From assembly GCA_964016885.1 (NCBI GenBank), contig OZ024743.1, positions 176,266,001 through 176,330,000 on the forward strand: DNA of 64,000 nt. Direction: 5' to 3'. Below, in pieces: positions 1 to 14,570 of the stretch; position 1 is the first letter of the stretch, and every line of letters begins with the position of its first letter. A program made the translations under genes and the position numbers. A model generated the notes under the pieces. The model did no database searches. It saw only the letters and a list, made by a program, of their open reading frames with translations, and was not told the DNA's origin. The stretch comes from Eledone cirrhosa. Taxonomy: Eukaryota.

Positions 1-556
1 TACTAGAGCCGCATGCTACCATTCTATTATACAGCGATGTGAGACTGCTTTTTCTATAACCTAATTTTCACTAACTTGTTGATTTAGACACATTGGCTGA
101 GACTTATAACGGGAGCAGAACTATTGGATTTCTAATCTACTGCCATCACGTGAATTTATAAATCGGTGGCCGGTCGGGGACAGCATTGTATCAGATCCCA
201 GTTGCTAATCACTTTACTGTTCTGGCCGTCACAAGCAGTCATGGCCGGCACGGGCTGGAGTCGAATTCTGTCGATCGATTGGTTATTGATTAGGCGAAAC
301 CTGCTGATGAAGCCACATGCACCGATTATGCATTGTTGCATACTATTTGGGGACAGAGGGCGCCGTGCACTCTGCTGCTGCATAAAGTGTGGCAGAAACT
401 CGAATTCGGAAACTACTATAGGTACCCGTTTACGTGTGTTGTATTGAAGCGAATAACTATGCGTACACTCTGGGAGTATATTTAACATTACCTATTGAGT
501 ACGCTGAGATGCAACCGGTCTTCGCATTCATACAATTACTTGGTTCGTCAACTTCT

Positions 557-603
<47 letters not shown>

Positions 604-701
604 CACACACACACACGTATATATCTATATCGTCATCTTTACATATATTTATATATGACACACACACATACACACACACATACACACACATACACACACA
701 C

Positions 702-822
702 ATATATATACATACGAATCATTACACAGATAGATAGACAAATAGATAGATTGATAGATAGATCAATCTATCTATCTGTCTATCTGTCTATCTATCTGTG
801 TAATGATTCCTATATGATATAT
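702..822. repeat. Inverted repeat with a (GATA)n to (TATC)n flip at its centre
   Basis: atacatacgaatcattacacagatagatagac (~707-738) is mirrored by gtctatctatctgtgtaatgattcctatatg (~786-816). The same left arm recurs directly at ~1161-1195. Confidence 0.75.
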
Positions 823-997
823 GTGATATATATGATATAGTTGATATATCTCATATGAAATAATACAGCTAATTATCCACACAATACAATATAGTTAGCA
901 CCCCAAACGTTTAATTTGGGAATATACTCAGGTATTTCCTAATGTTTGTTGAGTCAGTTGGAATTTGGCCGGAGTATCGCTTTTAGCTTTCTCCGAT

Positions 998-1047
<50 letters not shown>

Positions 1048-1197
1048 TAATTGAATAAACAAGAGAGATGAACACTAATATAAACATACATGTGTTCGAA
1101 TCGTAAGGACCAAAATTGTAAGAGACTAATTGTAAGAGACTACCGTGAGTTCTTAACTCAATATATATACATACGAATCATTACACAGATAGATAAC

Positions 1198-1835
1198 TTT
1201 CTTTTTATTTGCCACCAGGGTGTCAAAGAGTGGGACAAGTACAATGGGGGAGTTTACATAAAAAGGCGTCCTCAATAAGGAGGAGGCAATAACAAAATAT
1301 AAAAATATAAGATATAAAATATAACAAAAATAAATTGAATAACAAAATCCTCAATAGGGAGGAGGCGCCTTGTGGGGGTCGCAAACAACCCCGAAAAAGT
1401 GTGCAACCCTTCTCCTCAAGAGCACAGAGAGAAGGTGCTCCCTTGATCTTTCATCTTTCTCACCTACAGTCTGATGTAGAGTGAAGGCCCTTTCACACAG
1501 GCCATTCTCGCCACTTTCACCCATCTTTCATAAAAACGGCTGGGGTGCAGCACCTCTCTCTCCATCCTGATCCTTCTTCCGAAATGATATCGGAAAAACG
1601 GACCAGTTGTTGGCCAGAGAGAAATGTGTCTGACCTCAGTCCTTTCAGAGGCGTCCACCATACAACCTCTTTCGCCATGGCTATTACGCACAGAAACACC
1701 GCCTCTTCTTCGTTTTTGAAGAGGGAAGGCGGCTTGATCGTTACAATAGACTCGGTGGTCAACCTGATCGGTCCCACCCTTGACAGCAGTTGTTCGATAT
1801 AGCCCCACAGATCGGCAATGCCCGAACAGTGTACC
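1198..1835 (-). mobile_element. 3' fragment of a non-LTR retrotransposon, probably Tx1/L1 clade
   Basis: Frameshifted minus ORFs (FLCVIAMAKEVVWW...; FFRYHFGRRIRMERE...FYERWV) resemble the ORF2 C-terminus of Tx1/L1 elements. AATAAA on the minus strand at 1204-1209. GATA repeats on both sides. Confidence 0.55.
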
Positions 1836-1963
<128 letters not shown>

Positions 1964-4332
1964 CTCTTTATGTTTGAGAGTTTCACAAATCTGATTTATT
2001 TCTCAGTATTTATAACTCTATATGTGGGAGTTGTATTTGTCTGACAAATAATGTGATCAGTGATTGTGTGGTGAAACTAAAACAATTACATCTCGGAAGT
2101 GTTATTTTAGGCTTTAAAACACATACAAACACTGTTAACTGCACTTTATATTTATCATGTCTTTGTTAATGTCAAAATTTTCGTAGCATTATTTCCAGCC
2201 TTGTCGACGATACTAAGTTTCAAATAAATTGCAATGGAATTCTGTTAATGCTCATGTCGCAAAAGGTGCGACGAATGTTTTGACAGCAATAAATAGATTA
2301 TTTAGGGGAAGAAACTATGTGTATACACTCCCAGAGTATACACATAGAAAAGATGATAGGCAGAATTGACCTCAGTGGAAATTGAACTCAGAATGTAATG
2401 AGTCCGAACATATACGACTTCGCCTCTGCCAACCTACCACACTAACACCGGGAAAGAAAAAAACACATGGAAAGTAGACGTTTAATTGGGGTGGTTGGGT
2501 GGGTGGAAATATGAGATTATGAAAGTATGCACGGTTGCATAACTCCTGATGGAGTTATTGAAAAGGGGGGTGGGGGTGTAGTTACATCCAGCGTGGGCAT
2601 TTAAAACTTAGTGAAACATATCCGTACTCTGCTCTTAACGCAGTCGATTTCTTCCAGAGAAGGAAAGGGTGTGATAGGGAGGTTGTGAGAGAAAGATATA
2701 GAAGAAAAATCAACACGGGTAGTTTTTTTTATTGACCTCGATGTGAGGCAAGGTTGATATCGATGGATTTGAACTCAGAGAGTCGGAACAAATACCGCAA
2801 ACATTTTATCCGGCGTTCTAGTTCGCCACCTACTTCGAATGTAAGGAAACAAATAATGAATACAGAGTTTTGCTTTGTAACAACGTAGTTTCAAGTTCGA
2901 TCTTAGTTTGCGGTACTTTGATCTTTCATCATAGTTTTGATGAGGCAGAGAGCCTGTATGAACTCACCAAAACTGCTGAAAATAGCAGCTAAATTTTCTT
3001 CAGTATACACCGACTCTAAAATGCTGGATAAACCCTGACAAGTTTTCTACGGCAGGACTGCCTTTAACAATAGATATGCTCCATAAGTGTTAACCTGGAA
3101 GCTAAACCAAAAGCATCAACAATTATAAACTCATATCATCCAAAACCTTGTCAGTGAAATTTATGAATCTGTTGCAGGAATCATACAAGTTCTTGGCTGG
3201 TAGAAGTAATCTGTTCTCCGGTTTAACATCACCACACAGGTTTTGGTGCCTTTATCGAAGTCTACACTGCCAAATATGCAGGCCAGGTCTGAGGATTAAT
3301 GATATGATCCTCCCTTCATCCCAGCCTGAAAACAGTCACAGTTGTTGCTATACTTCCTCCTTCAACTATGTGCGTATTTGTAGACCAGTATCCCCAGATG
3401 GAGTCGTAGGAATGTTGTCGTGACATACAGCGTTTCTTGGGCTCTTCACATCTGGCGGAGCACATCCCCACTCTAGGTCTGGAGAAAGTAATAAAAAGGA
3501 AGTGAGAAAGAGTTATATAGGAAGAAACGGCCCAAGTACTGGACTGGAACTTTTTTTCAATCTCACAAAAAATGAAAGACAAAGTTGGCCTCGGCGAGAA
3601 TTGAACTCAGAAAGAACCGAAAACCCGAACAAACACCGCAAACATTACATTCTAACAAAACAACAAATTCAATGCACCTCCTCTAACTAAGCGATAAAAA
3701 AAAACGAAAAAAAAAACTGAGGGTCAGGGGAAATTGTCTGAATATATTATTAGCAGAATTGATTTCTGAGGTCAATATGATTTTGGATCGAACTTTACAT
3801 TCATTCCTCCTAAATTGTTGGTAGAAATCTCAGAAGATAGTAATTCTAGTTACTGAAAGTTAAAAAGAAAAATAGGAGTTGCATAATAAGATTATCAATT
3901 TATTTAGTAAAAGGAAATCTCTCGGGTTTCTATTTACAATATACGCTGTAATAAGGTACCAGTTAAATCGAAGAGTAATAGTAAATGTCCTTTGTAAGAA
4001 AGAGAGAGAATAAGGGGGAGGTACCATAAATGTATTGAGCTAATGAATACATTGAAACTAGAGAGAATCTTTGAGAATATAAGTCAGTTTATTGTTGGAT
4101 ATTCGAATATGACAGCGACTGGAGATCAATTTGGAAATAAATAACTGTGAACATTTATAAACGATCCATTACTTGGTATTGGCTTTAAAAGACACAGATT
4201 TATTCATTCACACGGAAGACGTGAATCAATTGCAGAGCGACGTCAGTTGGACGCTAATTTCAATATAATGAGGATATATCTATGTCATTGCTTAATTGTA
4301 CGGAATAAATGAATAAGGAAAAAGGCAATATA

Positions 4333-4447
<115 letters not shown>

Positions 4448-4659
4448 ATATATATATATATTTATAGGAGGAAGACAAACATAGACGGTAACTGTAATTG
4501 TCCTATGAAGTAAAGAGTAAAACTATTTGTGTAATTGGATATAACAGAAGATTGTAAACAAATGTATATACAATCTCTCCGTGGGAAGAATAAGAGGTAT
4601 CGCCCAAACATTTTTTACCGTTTTCTCTGCTATTATTTCTACCCACACAAGATCGGTTT

Positions 4660-5030
4660 ATTGGTAGAATCAATAGACCGTCGGACACCATGATTTTCAG
4701 CATAGAGTTACGGCCTTTTACGTTTTGAGTTTAAATCCTGCTGAGGTTAGCTTTGCCTTTCATCCTTACGGGGTCGATAAAATAAAGCACGAGTAATGCA
4801 CTAGATCGACTTTCCCCGCCCCTAAAATTATTGGCCTTGTGCCTAAATCAGAAACCATTACTTCTATCCACATTAGGGTGGTGGTTTGATAGAGCGTCGA
4901 ACAAAATTCTACTTTTTGATGTCAAATCCCGCCGAAGTCAACTTTGCCTTTCGTTCATTTGTGTCATGTACAGGAGTCAATTTAATCGACTTTCCTTTCC
5001 TCCCAAATTACTGGCCCTGTATTACTGTTA
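4660..5030 (+). mobile_element. Two tandem degenerate tRNA-derived SINEs (family 1)
   Basis: B-box-like gagtttaaatcc and the core gcctttcatccttacggggtcgataaaataaag shared with the 39.1-39.8 kb copies. Confidence 0.75.
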
Positions 5031-5439
5031 GAATTAATTACTTCCACCACTGTCTCGTTCCTAATAATCTGATATTTGTTTGACCTTCCCTCCTGTTGCA
5101 TACACTTGCTTCAATTTCCAATAATGTTGTCCATAGCAGCTCTTCAAAGTGTTTCGTGAACAAATGACCTGCGAGGTGCCGTGTATCTTTCTATACATTT
5201 GAAGAATTAGTTCAATGTTATGTTGTATTTTAAGCTTTGTAGGTATGCAGAATATAGTTGGAGAAAGATATTAAACATTTGGAATTACGTCAACCTGCCA
5301 TAGAACAGTAAGCAGACGGAAAATCGATTAAGATGTTGCCTAAAGAGGTCAGTTTTTACTGTGAGAATAACAAGTTATAGTTATACTCTGAAATAATAAC
5401 TGTTCTTTTCTATCTAACCAGCATAAGAAATCAGAAGAA

Positions 5440-6420
5440 ACTAGCTTCATTGGCCGCTGTCCAATCAAATCAAAGACGAATCACCAGACAGTGATCGACT
5501 ATATCTAAAATCCAATGTTGTCTATAAATTATCTTAGCTATACTGAGAAACATATTATAGGCGAGAATAAAGCAGTTATATGTCATAATAATGTCACAGT
5601 GGCGGAATAGATATGCAAGGCAGCGTCATCTAGAGAAGTTTTATTTAGCACAGATTAACATGGTGAAATAAATTTAAGAATATATGTCATGACAAATATC
5701 TTACAGACTATAAGTAACCAAAATTCATAGCATCTATACATTAACCCTTTCCAGACTTGTTTCTAATAAAATTCAGTCACTCCAATTAAACAATGAAGAA
5801 ATTTGAGTGAATGATGAAAATTATTAACTATTTCATGAATAATATAGCAACTTAATATATGGTTCTTTTAAAAATTTATGATCGAAAATTTTAATTTCAA
5901 TAGGGACCCTTTAAACTGGTTAGTTTTATTTCCCAGAACCACAACGGGTTTAGGCCGAGTTGTTATCAACAGACTAAGGGTAGAAGCCTATTCGTAAACG
6001 CAGAGGTAAGTTGGACAATTGAAAATGCATATTTAATATAACTGATCAGTGAAAGTATGTGCTCTTGTACTTCTGACACAATGTATCAATTGAAACAAAG
6101 AGCAATCTGTCCGATGAGGACCGATGAAGCAAGAAACGCTAACAGCTTCAGTGTTAAAACTTACATAAAATTAGCAATAGTCAACAGTTATGTCAACATT
6201 GTAAAGTTATTTTGCCACTTAGCTATATTTCGTTGTTGCTATAGTTATTAGGCTCTTCATATAATCGTCATGTAAGTTATATTGAGATGCACCGACCTAC
6301 AACTCACGATACACAGGTGTGTGCGTGCTGAGGAAGGGTTCTGTTTGAAACTGGTTAGACCATTACTCAACAGAGTACTCGATACTCGGGCTAGTAGAGT
6401 ATGGTTACATTAAAAATTGA
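5440..6420 (+). mobile_element. Decayed Penelope-like element 3' part (GIY-YIG relic plus degenerate hammerhead motifs)
   Basis: 5508-5565 translates with stops and a frameshift to KSNVVYKL...IGE, a PLE GIY-YIG-like signature. Degenerate HHR cores at ~6107-6146 and ~6328-6358. Confidence 0.45.
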
Positions 6421-6586
6421 TTTGGTTTATCCTTGCCCGTAGGGGTTTACTCTTTTACCTGTTTCAGCCATCCGGCCGAGGCCATGCTGGGGCACCGCCC
6501 TTGATATATTTAAAAATAAAATCAATTTTCTTGAAAATACAGAGTACTAATAGTGTTATTAGTTTCAATTAATAACATCATATTTT

Positions 6587-6875
<289 letters not shown>

Positions 6876-7590
6876 CAACTCTTTGCTAGCAATGCGATTT
6901 CTTAAGCAATTTTCTACGTGACAAGTGACATTCCCATTCCAATTACATGAAATTACTTTAATGTTATTAATAAAAAAAATGCTAGAGAGACTTGAATAAA
7001 AACAAAATCGGTAGTCATCTTTGAATATTCACTCCTGCCTCGGGAAAATCTTTACAAATTGCTTCAACTGATAAATCCTTGTGTATTTTGAAGTGGAGAG
7101 AAGACATTTCGCTTAAATGCTTTTAATGTCGTCAATCCCAGAGAGGATTATGGGATATAAGCGGGAATAATGGCACTTAGAAAGATAAAATATAGATATC
7201 TACGTATAGTTGCACTGAATTAATCATTCAACTAAATTAGAAGACGTCTCGTAGTTCAACAAAACTGTCACACAACTAATCATGGTCCACACGAAAGCAT
7301 ACTAAAATAAGATGAAAGTAAAAGATAACGAATCTACATACTAAATTTTTATACATCATTCATACATGCATACATATATGCAGTCATACATACAAACATA
7401 CATACATACATACAAACATACATGCAATCATACATACATACATACATGCATACATACATGCAGTCATACATACACACATACATGCATACATACATGCAGT
7501 CATACATACATATATAAATACATACATACATGCAGTCATACATACATACAGTCATACATACATATATAAATACATACATACGGTCATACA

Positions 7591-8161
7591 TGATGGCTGC
7601 CCCCTCGTTATCGAGTATGGCCATTGCACGATATACCATAATTAATAATTATCAATTAATTCTATCGTGCAATGCCTGTGCGTGAAGATATTTTTTTAAA
7701 GTGAGGAAAGACTGTGCACTGAGCCAATCCCACTCTCTGAGCGACAGTAGCTATAACTCCAAAAGAAGAAAAGATCAACATCATCGGTAACTACTGAGCC
7801 GCAGGTTTTATATCGGAGTTATCCCAGTTTCCAGAGTTGCCCTCTCCCAGAAGAATGCCCTGACAAAGGCTAGGGGTCCTTCACTCCCAGTTGTTTAACC
7901 GCGCGATCGGGTGTCCAGCCCGACTATTTCTATGTCCCCGCGCATATACACACACACATGCAGCCATGTATATACACATATACATATACATACACATTTA
8001 CATGTGTATATACATATTTACACACCTTTGGATGGCCGTTAACTCTTATGAGTTCTTCCGCCCTTTGTCAGGTTTTGTTTTTTGTCCTGCAGGGTGTCCA
8101 AAATCACCTCCTCACCAAGTTAACTTGGTGGAGTTGCCGGTTTAGTCGCCGACGACCCGAC
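7591..8161 (-). mobile_element. Non-autonomous RTE derivative, subfamily B (5'UTR plus 41-nt 3' tail plus (TGTA)n)
   Basis: 5' part matches 21023-21301 upstream of the long RTE. Tail tgatggctgccccctcgttatcgagtatggccattgcacga is identical to 8291-8331 and 15999-16039. Confidence 0.8.
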
Positions 8162-8290
8162 ATACAGTCATACATGCATATATACATACATACATGCATA
8201 CATACATGCAGTCATACATACATACATACATACATACATACATACATACATACATACATACATACATGCATACATGCATACATGCATACA

Positions 8291-10222
8291 TGATGGCTGC
8301 CCCCTCGTTATCGAGTATGGCCATTGCACGAGGAGAAAGAAAAAAAAAAAAATAATAATAAATAAATAAATAAAAATAAAAAAAAAAAAAGCAATATATA
8401 TATATATATACATATACATACACATATACACACACGCACACCCACACACATACTCACACACACATATACACACACATACATTAATAACAATAATAATAAC
8501 AACAACAACAACAATAACAATAACAATAACGACAACAACAATAATAATATACATATACATATATATATACACACACACGCACACACATAAGCATATCTAC
8601 ACACACCCACACACACAATAGCAACTAACAGCGCTGCGATCGAATGTGCCTTTTTAGCCCAGCCAATGATCTAAAATGTCTTGCACAGAGTCGGCAACCA
8701 AAACATTCACTGGGAATAGTCGGCTGTGGTTGGAGTTCGTGTACTTTTGCATGTCGCTTGAGCACTCCTGCTGATTTACATTCTTTACCACATGCTTGGC
8801 AAGCATGATGGGTAGCATCTCCAACAGCAGCCTGGTAGTCAACCACTGGTCTTACTTTATGACTGCGAAGATGACTTTCGAGTCCAGCTTTGCTTAGGTA
8901 GAGTCTCGCACAGACGCTGCATGTCAGCACCATAGGAGGACCCTCGCCGCCTGGAAATGCAACAGCAATGCCCTTCCTCACATCCCGCTTTACTTTCTCG
9001 TATGCGATTCGAGATGCTTCAAAGGCAACTTTTCCCTCATATACAGTCTTTCTCCATTTATTACGATCAGCAGCAATATTCTCCCACGTATCAGCAGAGA
9101 TGTTAGCGTCTTTCAGAGAGGCTTTCAAGGAATCCTTATACCTCTTTTTTTGGTTTATGTGGCAGTCGTTTTCCTTTAACCAACTCTCCATAAAAGAGTT
9201 GTTTTGGTATTCTAGAATCCTTCATCCTGGCAAGTTGACCACTCCAACGGAGTCGTTGCTTAAGCACAAGAGCTTCTATACCGTCACACATAGAGCTTTC
9301 CAAAATCTCGACATCACTGATGTGGTCCCTCCAGTGAACGCCATGGATCCGTCTGAGACACATCTGATGGAAACGCTCCAATTGCTTAAGGTGGTGTCGA
9401 TATGTGACCCAGGTCTCGCAGGCATAAAGAAGACAAGAGAGCACACATGCCATGTACACCTTTGCCTTTGTCCTCCTGCATATGTCTCGCCGACCCCAGA
9501 GTCGCCTTTCTAGCTTTCCGAAAGCATCACTTGCTTTCCTAATCCTAAGTGAGATTTCACTGTCAAGGTTGCCGTATCGATTGACAGTGCTTCCCAGGTA
9601 GGCAAACTGATCAACCACTCCAAGTCGTTTGCCATACACATAGATGTTTGGTTCAGTGTACTGCTTTCCAGGGGCAGATTGGTACATGACGACGGTTTTC
9701 TTGAGACTGACAGTCAGACCAAGGGCAGTGTAAGCGTCAGAAAAAATGCATTCAAAATGTGCTGCATATCACTCTCTGTGTGCGCTACAAGATCGCAATC
9801 ATCTGCATACAAGAGGTCTCTTATGATTGATGTAAATACTTTTGTCTTCGCAGCAAAGCGCCTGATGTTAAATATGCTGCCTGAGGTTCGATATCGGATG
9901 TAAACACCATGCTCGCAATTACTGAATGCAATACAGAAAACCATTGCAAAGTATATGGCAAACAGGGTCGGTGCTGGAATATCCCCCTGTTTCACTCCAT
10001 TTTTTACTGAGATAGGCTCCGACATGTTACCCCCGACATTAACCCAAGCCTTCATGCCGTCATGGAAAGACCTAGCTAAAGCAAGGAACTTATCAGGGCA
10101 ACCAAGTTGCTGGAGAACCTTCCATAATGCCTCTCTGTTTACAGTATCGAAAGCTTTTGTCAGATCGACAAAAATCTGATACAGATCCAAGCCCTGTTCC
10201 ATGCACTTCTCCTGGAGCTGTC
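8291..10222 (-). mobile_element. 5'-truncated RTE LINE (RT C-terminal half, C2H2 fingers, microsatellite-rich 3'UTR, 41-nt tail)
   Basis: ORF pieces carry FVDLTKAFDTV, GVKQG and LLYADD plus three C2H2 motifs. Near-identical to 17367-18963, with frameshifts. Confidence 0.93.
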
Positions 10223-10290
10223 TACATACATGCATACATACATACATACATACATACATACATACATACATACATACATACATACATACA

Positions 10291-10320
<30 letters not shown>

Positions 10321-10321
<1 letters not shown>

Positions 10322-13300
10322 GGCGACCGTTGTGGTCTGTGTCCGATAATCGGACGTGTGTAATCACGGCTTACATGAAGGCAACATACCATATATTGGA
10401 AAAAGTTGAGCTACATTACGCGGTAAGATTACATACAATAATTCTACATAAGTGTTTGAACTGTAAGTGTGTTGTAAAACACCTATTTATATGAACGATA
10501 CATACACTTATGATATATGAACGATACATACACTTTAACATATAAATGCAACGTTGTTATATTACATTTATAAAGAAATATAAAAGTAACGTTTTCGATT
10601 CAGAAACAAAAATATAAGTGTTTGAACTGTGAATGTTGTGAATATGTTGTAGAACACCTATTTATATGAATGATACATAAACTTTAACATATAAATACAG
10701 CGTTGTTATATTATATTACATTCGTAAAGGAATATACTAAGTAACGGTTCTTTTTGTTCTCGATTCAAACGATTCAAGAACAACGTTTAAAACACAGTTG
10801 TAGAATTTAAAACTAACTGAAAGGAAATATTACCCAAGCTGTGAATAACTTTAAATTTGATTCTGACAGAACTTTGTCGTAACTTTTAAAGAAGATCATC
10901 GACTATTTTTAAAAAATAAATACGAAATATTAGTGAATAGACGAACTCATCATGGCAAAAAGTACAAGTCTCCTTCGACCAAATCGCAATTACAACCGTT
11001 GTATACAGTGGAGCTACGAGCTTAACAAAGAATTATATGAAGCATACAAACAATCTGAACCCCAAAAGTTCGGTTTTATGCAAAGGCTAAAAACTTTATG
11101 GAACTCCAAACACCCAGAATTAGACGTTTCTCCAAAGCATCTAAATGAACAGGCAAAACGTATCATTAGATGTAAATTGATACATCTAACGGAATCGAGT
11201 GATACTACAAATACAGCCCTTGTAGACAACCACCCCACCTCCACTGACAGACAAAGAGAATGGCCAGCTAAATCTAACAGTGAACAGCTCACCAACAATT
11301 TTGCTGAAATCCATCCCACTTCCACTGAAGAACAGCGAGAAAGGTCAGCTGACTCTAGTAGTAATTGTCACCACATCAACAACGAGGCTGCAATTCATGA
11401 CTCTACTGAACAAACAGAGCACCAAAAACTTGTGGGCACCCTACAAGTGATATGGAACGATATGTTTCAAGAGATACACAGCCTTAATGTGAGTGACAGA
11501 CCATACAACACTAGAGTCAGTAAAGAACCCACTAAATTGGAATTGGAAGCAGTGAACGAAATAGCTGGCAATTATCTGAAGGCTATACGATCTAAAGGTG
11601 TAGAAACGACATTTGAAACGCTCAATGTTTTGTTATATGTTTCAGCTGTCACATTGCTATCATATAACACACATCTAAAACCACGCAATCAAGATACAAA
11701 CAGAAAGCCTGAACCAGCGTGGATGCGAAATTTAAAAACCAAAATTTTGTCCCTGAGACGAAGTATCTCACACATCGCAGTCGTTATGAAATGCAACATA
11801 GAGAGAAACTTCACACGACACCAGGAAGACCTGAAGAAAAAGTTAGAGAGACGATTTGGAGATACCAAATCTAAAACTTTGAACTCCAAATTACACCAGT
11901 TGAAACAACAACTCACAGCTACAACAGAAAGACTAAAATATAAGTCAACAGCCCATAAACGACAAGTGCTAAATAGATTGTTTGCCAGAGATCCTAAATC
12001 AGTTTATCGCAGCTTCGGTGGCAAAAGCTCAATCCCTGTAAACGACACCCCTTCAAAAGAACAGGTTGAGAACTACTGGAGATCTGTATGGGAAACGGAT
12101 GACGGATTCAACAGACAAGCTAATTGGCTAAAACAACTGGAACAGGACTACTGCCAACATGTCCAGACAAAACAATATGACATAGATGGGTCAATACTGG
12201 AAACAGCTCTACAGAAAATGTCGAATAGGAAATCGCCAGGCCCAGACCTCATTACAGGATACTGGTTGAAGAATTTCACTTTCTATCGGCAAGATCTCAT
12301 ACGGCTGTTTACAGAAACCATTAAGGGCACACAAGAACTGCCCAGATGGTTATCAACTGCCACTACTCTCCTCATTCCCAAAAATAGCCAAACCACCCTT
12401 GCTAAAAATTACCGCCCAATTGCCTGCCAAAACATCATGTATAAATTATATACTGGGTGCCTTAACCTGTTCTTACAGGATCACTGTGCTACCAACAACA
12501 TCATAACACCTGAGCAAGCTGGTGGAAAGAGGGAGGTGTGGGGTTGCATAGATCACCTACTAACTAACAAAATGATTCAGGAAAAAACAACAAAGAATCG
12601 CAGAAACATGACTGATAGCTGGACTATCAAAAAGCATTTGATAGTGTACCTCATGGGTGGATTATTAAGGCTTTACAGTTAGCTAAAGTCCCACAACCAT
12701 TAGTAGCTGCTGTTGAACGCCTGACCAAGAACTGGTACACCAATTTGATCCTTAGAGGTGAGAAGGAGCAGGTTAAGACTGATAGGATACATTACCAGAA
12801 GGGCATCTTTCAGGGTGATAGCTTGTCAGTACTACTCTTCGTTCTCTCACTGAATCCACTATCTTACCTACTCAGGAAACAAGGTGGACAAAGAAGTGGG
12901 CCCAGAAGTATCTCCCATCTTTTCTTTGTTGATGACCTGAAGTTGTATGGGCCAAATATCAATGACATCAAGAAACAATTGGACCTCATTACACAATTTT
13001 CAACCGACATCAAAATGAAATTTGGTGAGTCCAAGTGTGCATATTTGGCAGTAAAACGTGGAAGAGCTGTGCCCTCCTCTAGAAATCTAGAGATGAACGG
13101 CCTGACAATACAACCTCTGCAGTCAGGTGACAACTACAGATATCTTGGACAGGATGAGAATGTCAGATATGATGGACCCATAAATAAGGAGAGAACCAGA
13201 ACTGAATACCTCAGAAGAGTAAAAAAAATATGGTCATCAGAACTGTCAGCATACAACAAATACATTGCCCACAATACCTATGCTGTGCCAATTCTAACGC

Positions 13301-14537
13301 CAACATTTGGCCTACTGAACTGGTCATTGCAAGAACTAAGTGAGATGGATGTTAGAACTCGAAAACTTCTCAGTGTTACTGGGAACTTTAACATCAATGG
13401 TGATGTGGATAGGCTATACTTCTCACGCAAGGAAGGTGGCCGGGGTCTAAAATCAATATTAACAACATATGAGACCCGGATAGTAACACTGAAGCAACAC
13501 CTTCAACAGAGGAAAAAGGTTGGCGACCATCTTGCTCAGGTTTATGAGCATGAAAAAAGAAATATCATTAGAATAGCGACTGATCTGGAGGAGAGATATG
13601 GAATAAAGCCTGATATAAATCTCTCACCCAGAGAAATCGGAAGATCCTATTCAATGTTCAAACAAGAAAAAAAATTGACCAATTTACAGAGAAAGTTGTG
13701 CATGGATACTTGAGGCGTAAAACACAGACCATAGAGGGGATAAACCACTCAAAAAGCCTGGCATGGAGTTCCGACAAGTTTATGACATCACACCTTGAGG
13801 GATATCTCGATGCAATACAGGAACAAGAACTCCCTACCAAATATCTGCTGCACAAAAGAGGAGGGCCAGCAGCTGACAATAAATGTAGGCTACTTAAAAC
13901 AAAGATCGAGGATGTAAGCCACATTGTTGCCAGCTGCGAAAGAATGTCATCTCGCTACTACCTCCCCATGAGACACGATGGGATAGCTAGAACTATCTGG
14001 AACGCACTTCGGAAAACAAAATTAACAACAAACGAGGAAGAATATATTGAGACAGATGGCACTAAGGAATACTGGTGGAACCTGAAAATAAAAACTGCCA
14101 CCAAATTAAAGCACAACCGGCCTGATATTGTAGTTTGGGACCACACATTGAAAACGTGTTCTGTTGTGGAGATCAGCTGCCCACTTGATGTAAACGTTGT
14201 CAGAAAAATACAGGAGAAGGAGGACATCTACGGACCATTGATGAGGAGCTTACAAATCCAGTATCCAAGATACACCTTTAGCTTCATACCCATCATTATT
14301 GGTGCTACGGGTTATATACCAACCCGCTTGGACCAAAGTATGACCGAACTTGGATTTGCGGACAAAAAGCGCAGCTCCCTAATTCATAGTCTACAAATGG
14401 CTGCGATAGCTGGCACCTTCAAAATATGCAAAACATTCTTGCGATTCAAGGGATGACAATTTCTTTTCTTTTACAACCTTGCCACCAGGAAGGTGGCTGG
14501 TCAAAAAAATATACTCGAAATTAAGAGAAAGAGAAAA
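10321..14537 (+). mobile_element. Near full-length R4/Dong-type non-LTR retrotransposon (RT plus restriction-like endonuclease)
   Basis: KSPGPD, NYRPIAC, GIFQGDSLS, HLFFVDDLKLY, a degenerate CCHC (CRLL..H...C), RHD and HNRPDIVVWD..VVEISCP. Flanked on both sides by (CATA)n. Confidence 0.92.
10952..14456 (+). pseudogene. Dong/R4 RT-RLE polyprotein broken into three ORFs by frameshifts (~12620, ~13690)
   Basis: ORFs 10952-12682, 12745-13713 and 13698-14456 carry consecutive RT and RLE motifs. Confidence 0.88.
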
Positions 14538-14570
14538 CATACATACATACATACATACATACATGCATAC

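Noticed and set aside
10321-10390. HDV-like ribozyme at the Dong 5' end
   Set aside because: Only simple hairpins (gtccgat/atcggac); no nested double pseudoknot found by eye
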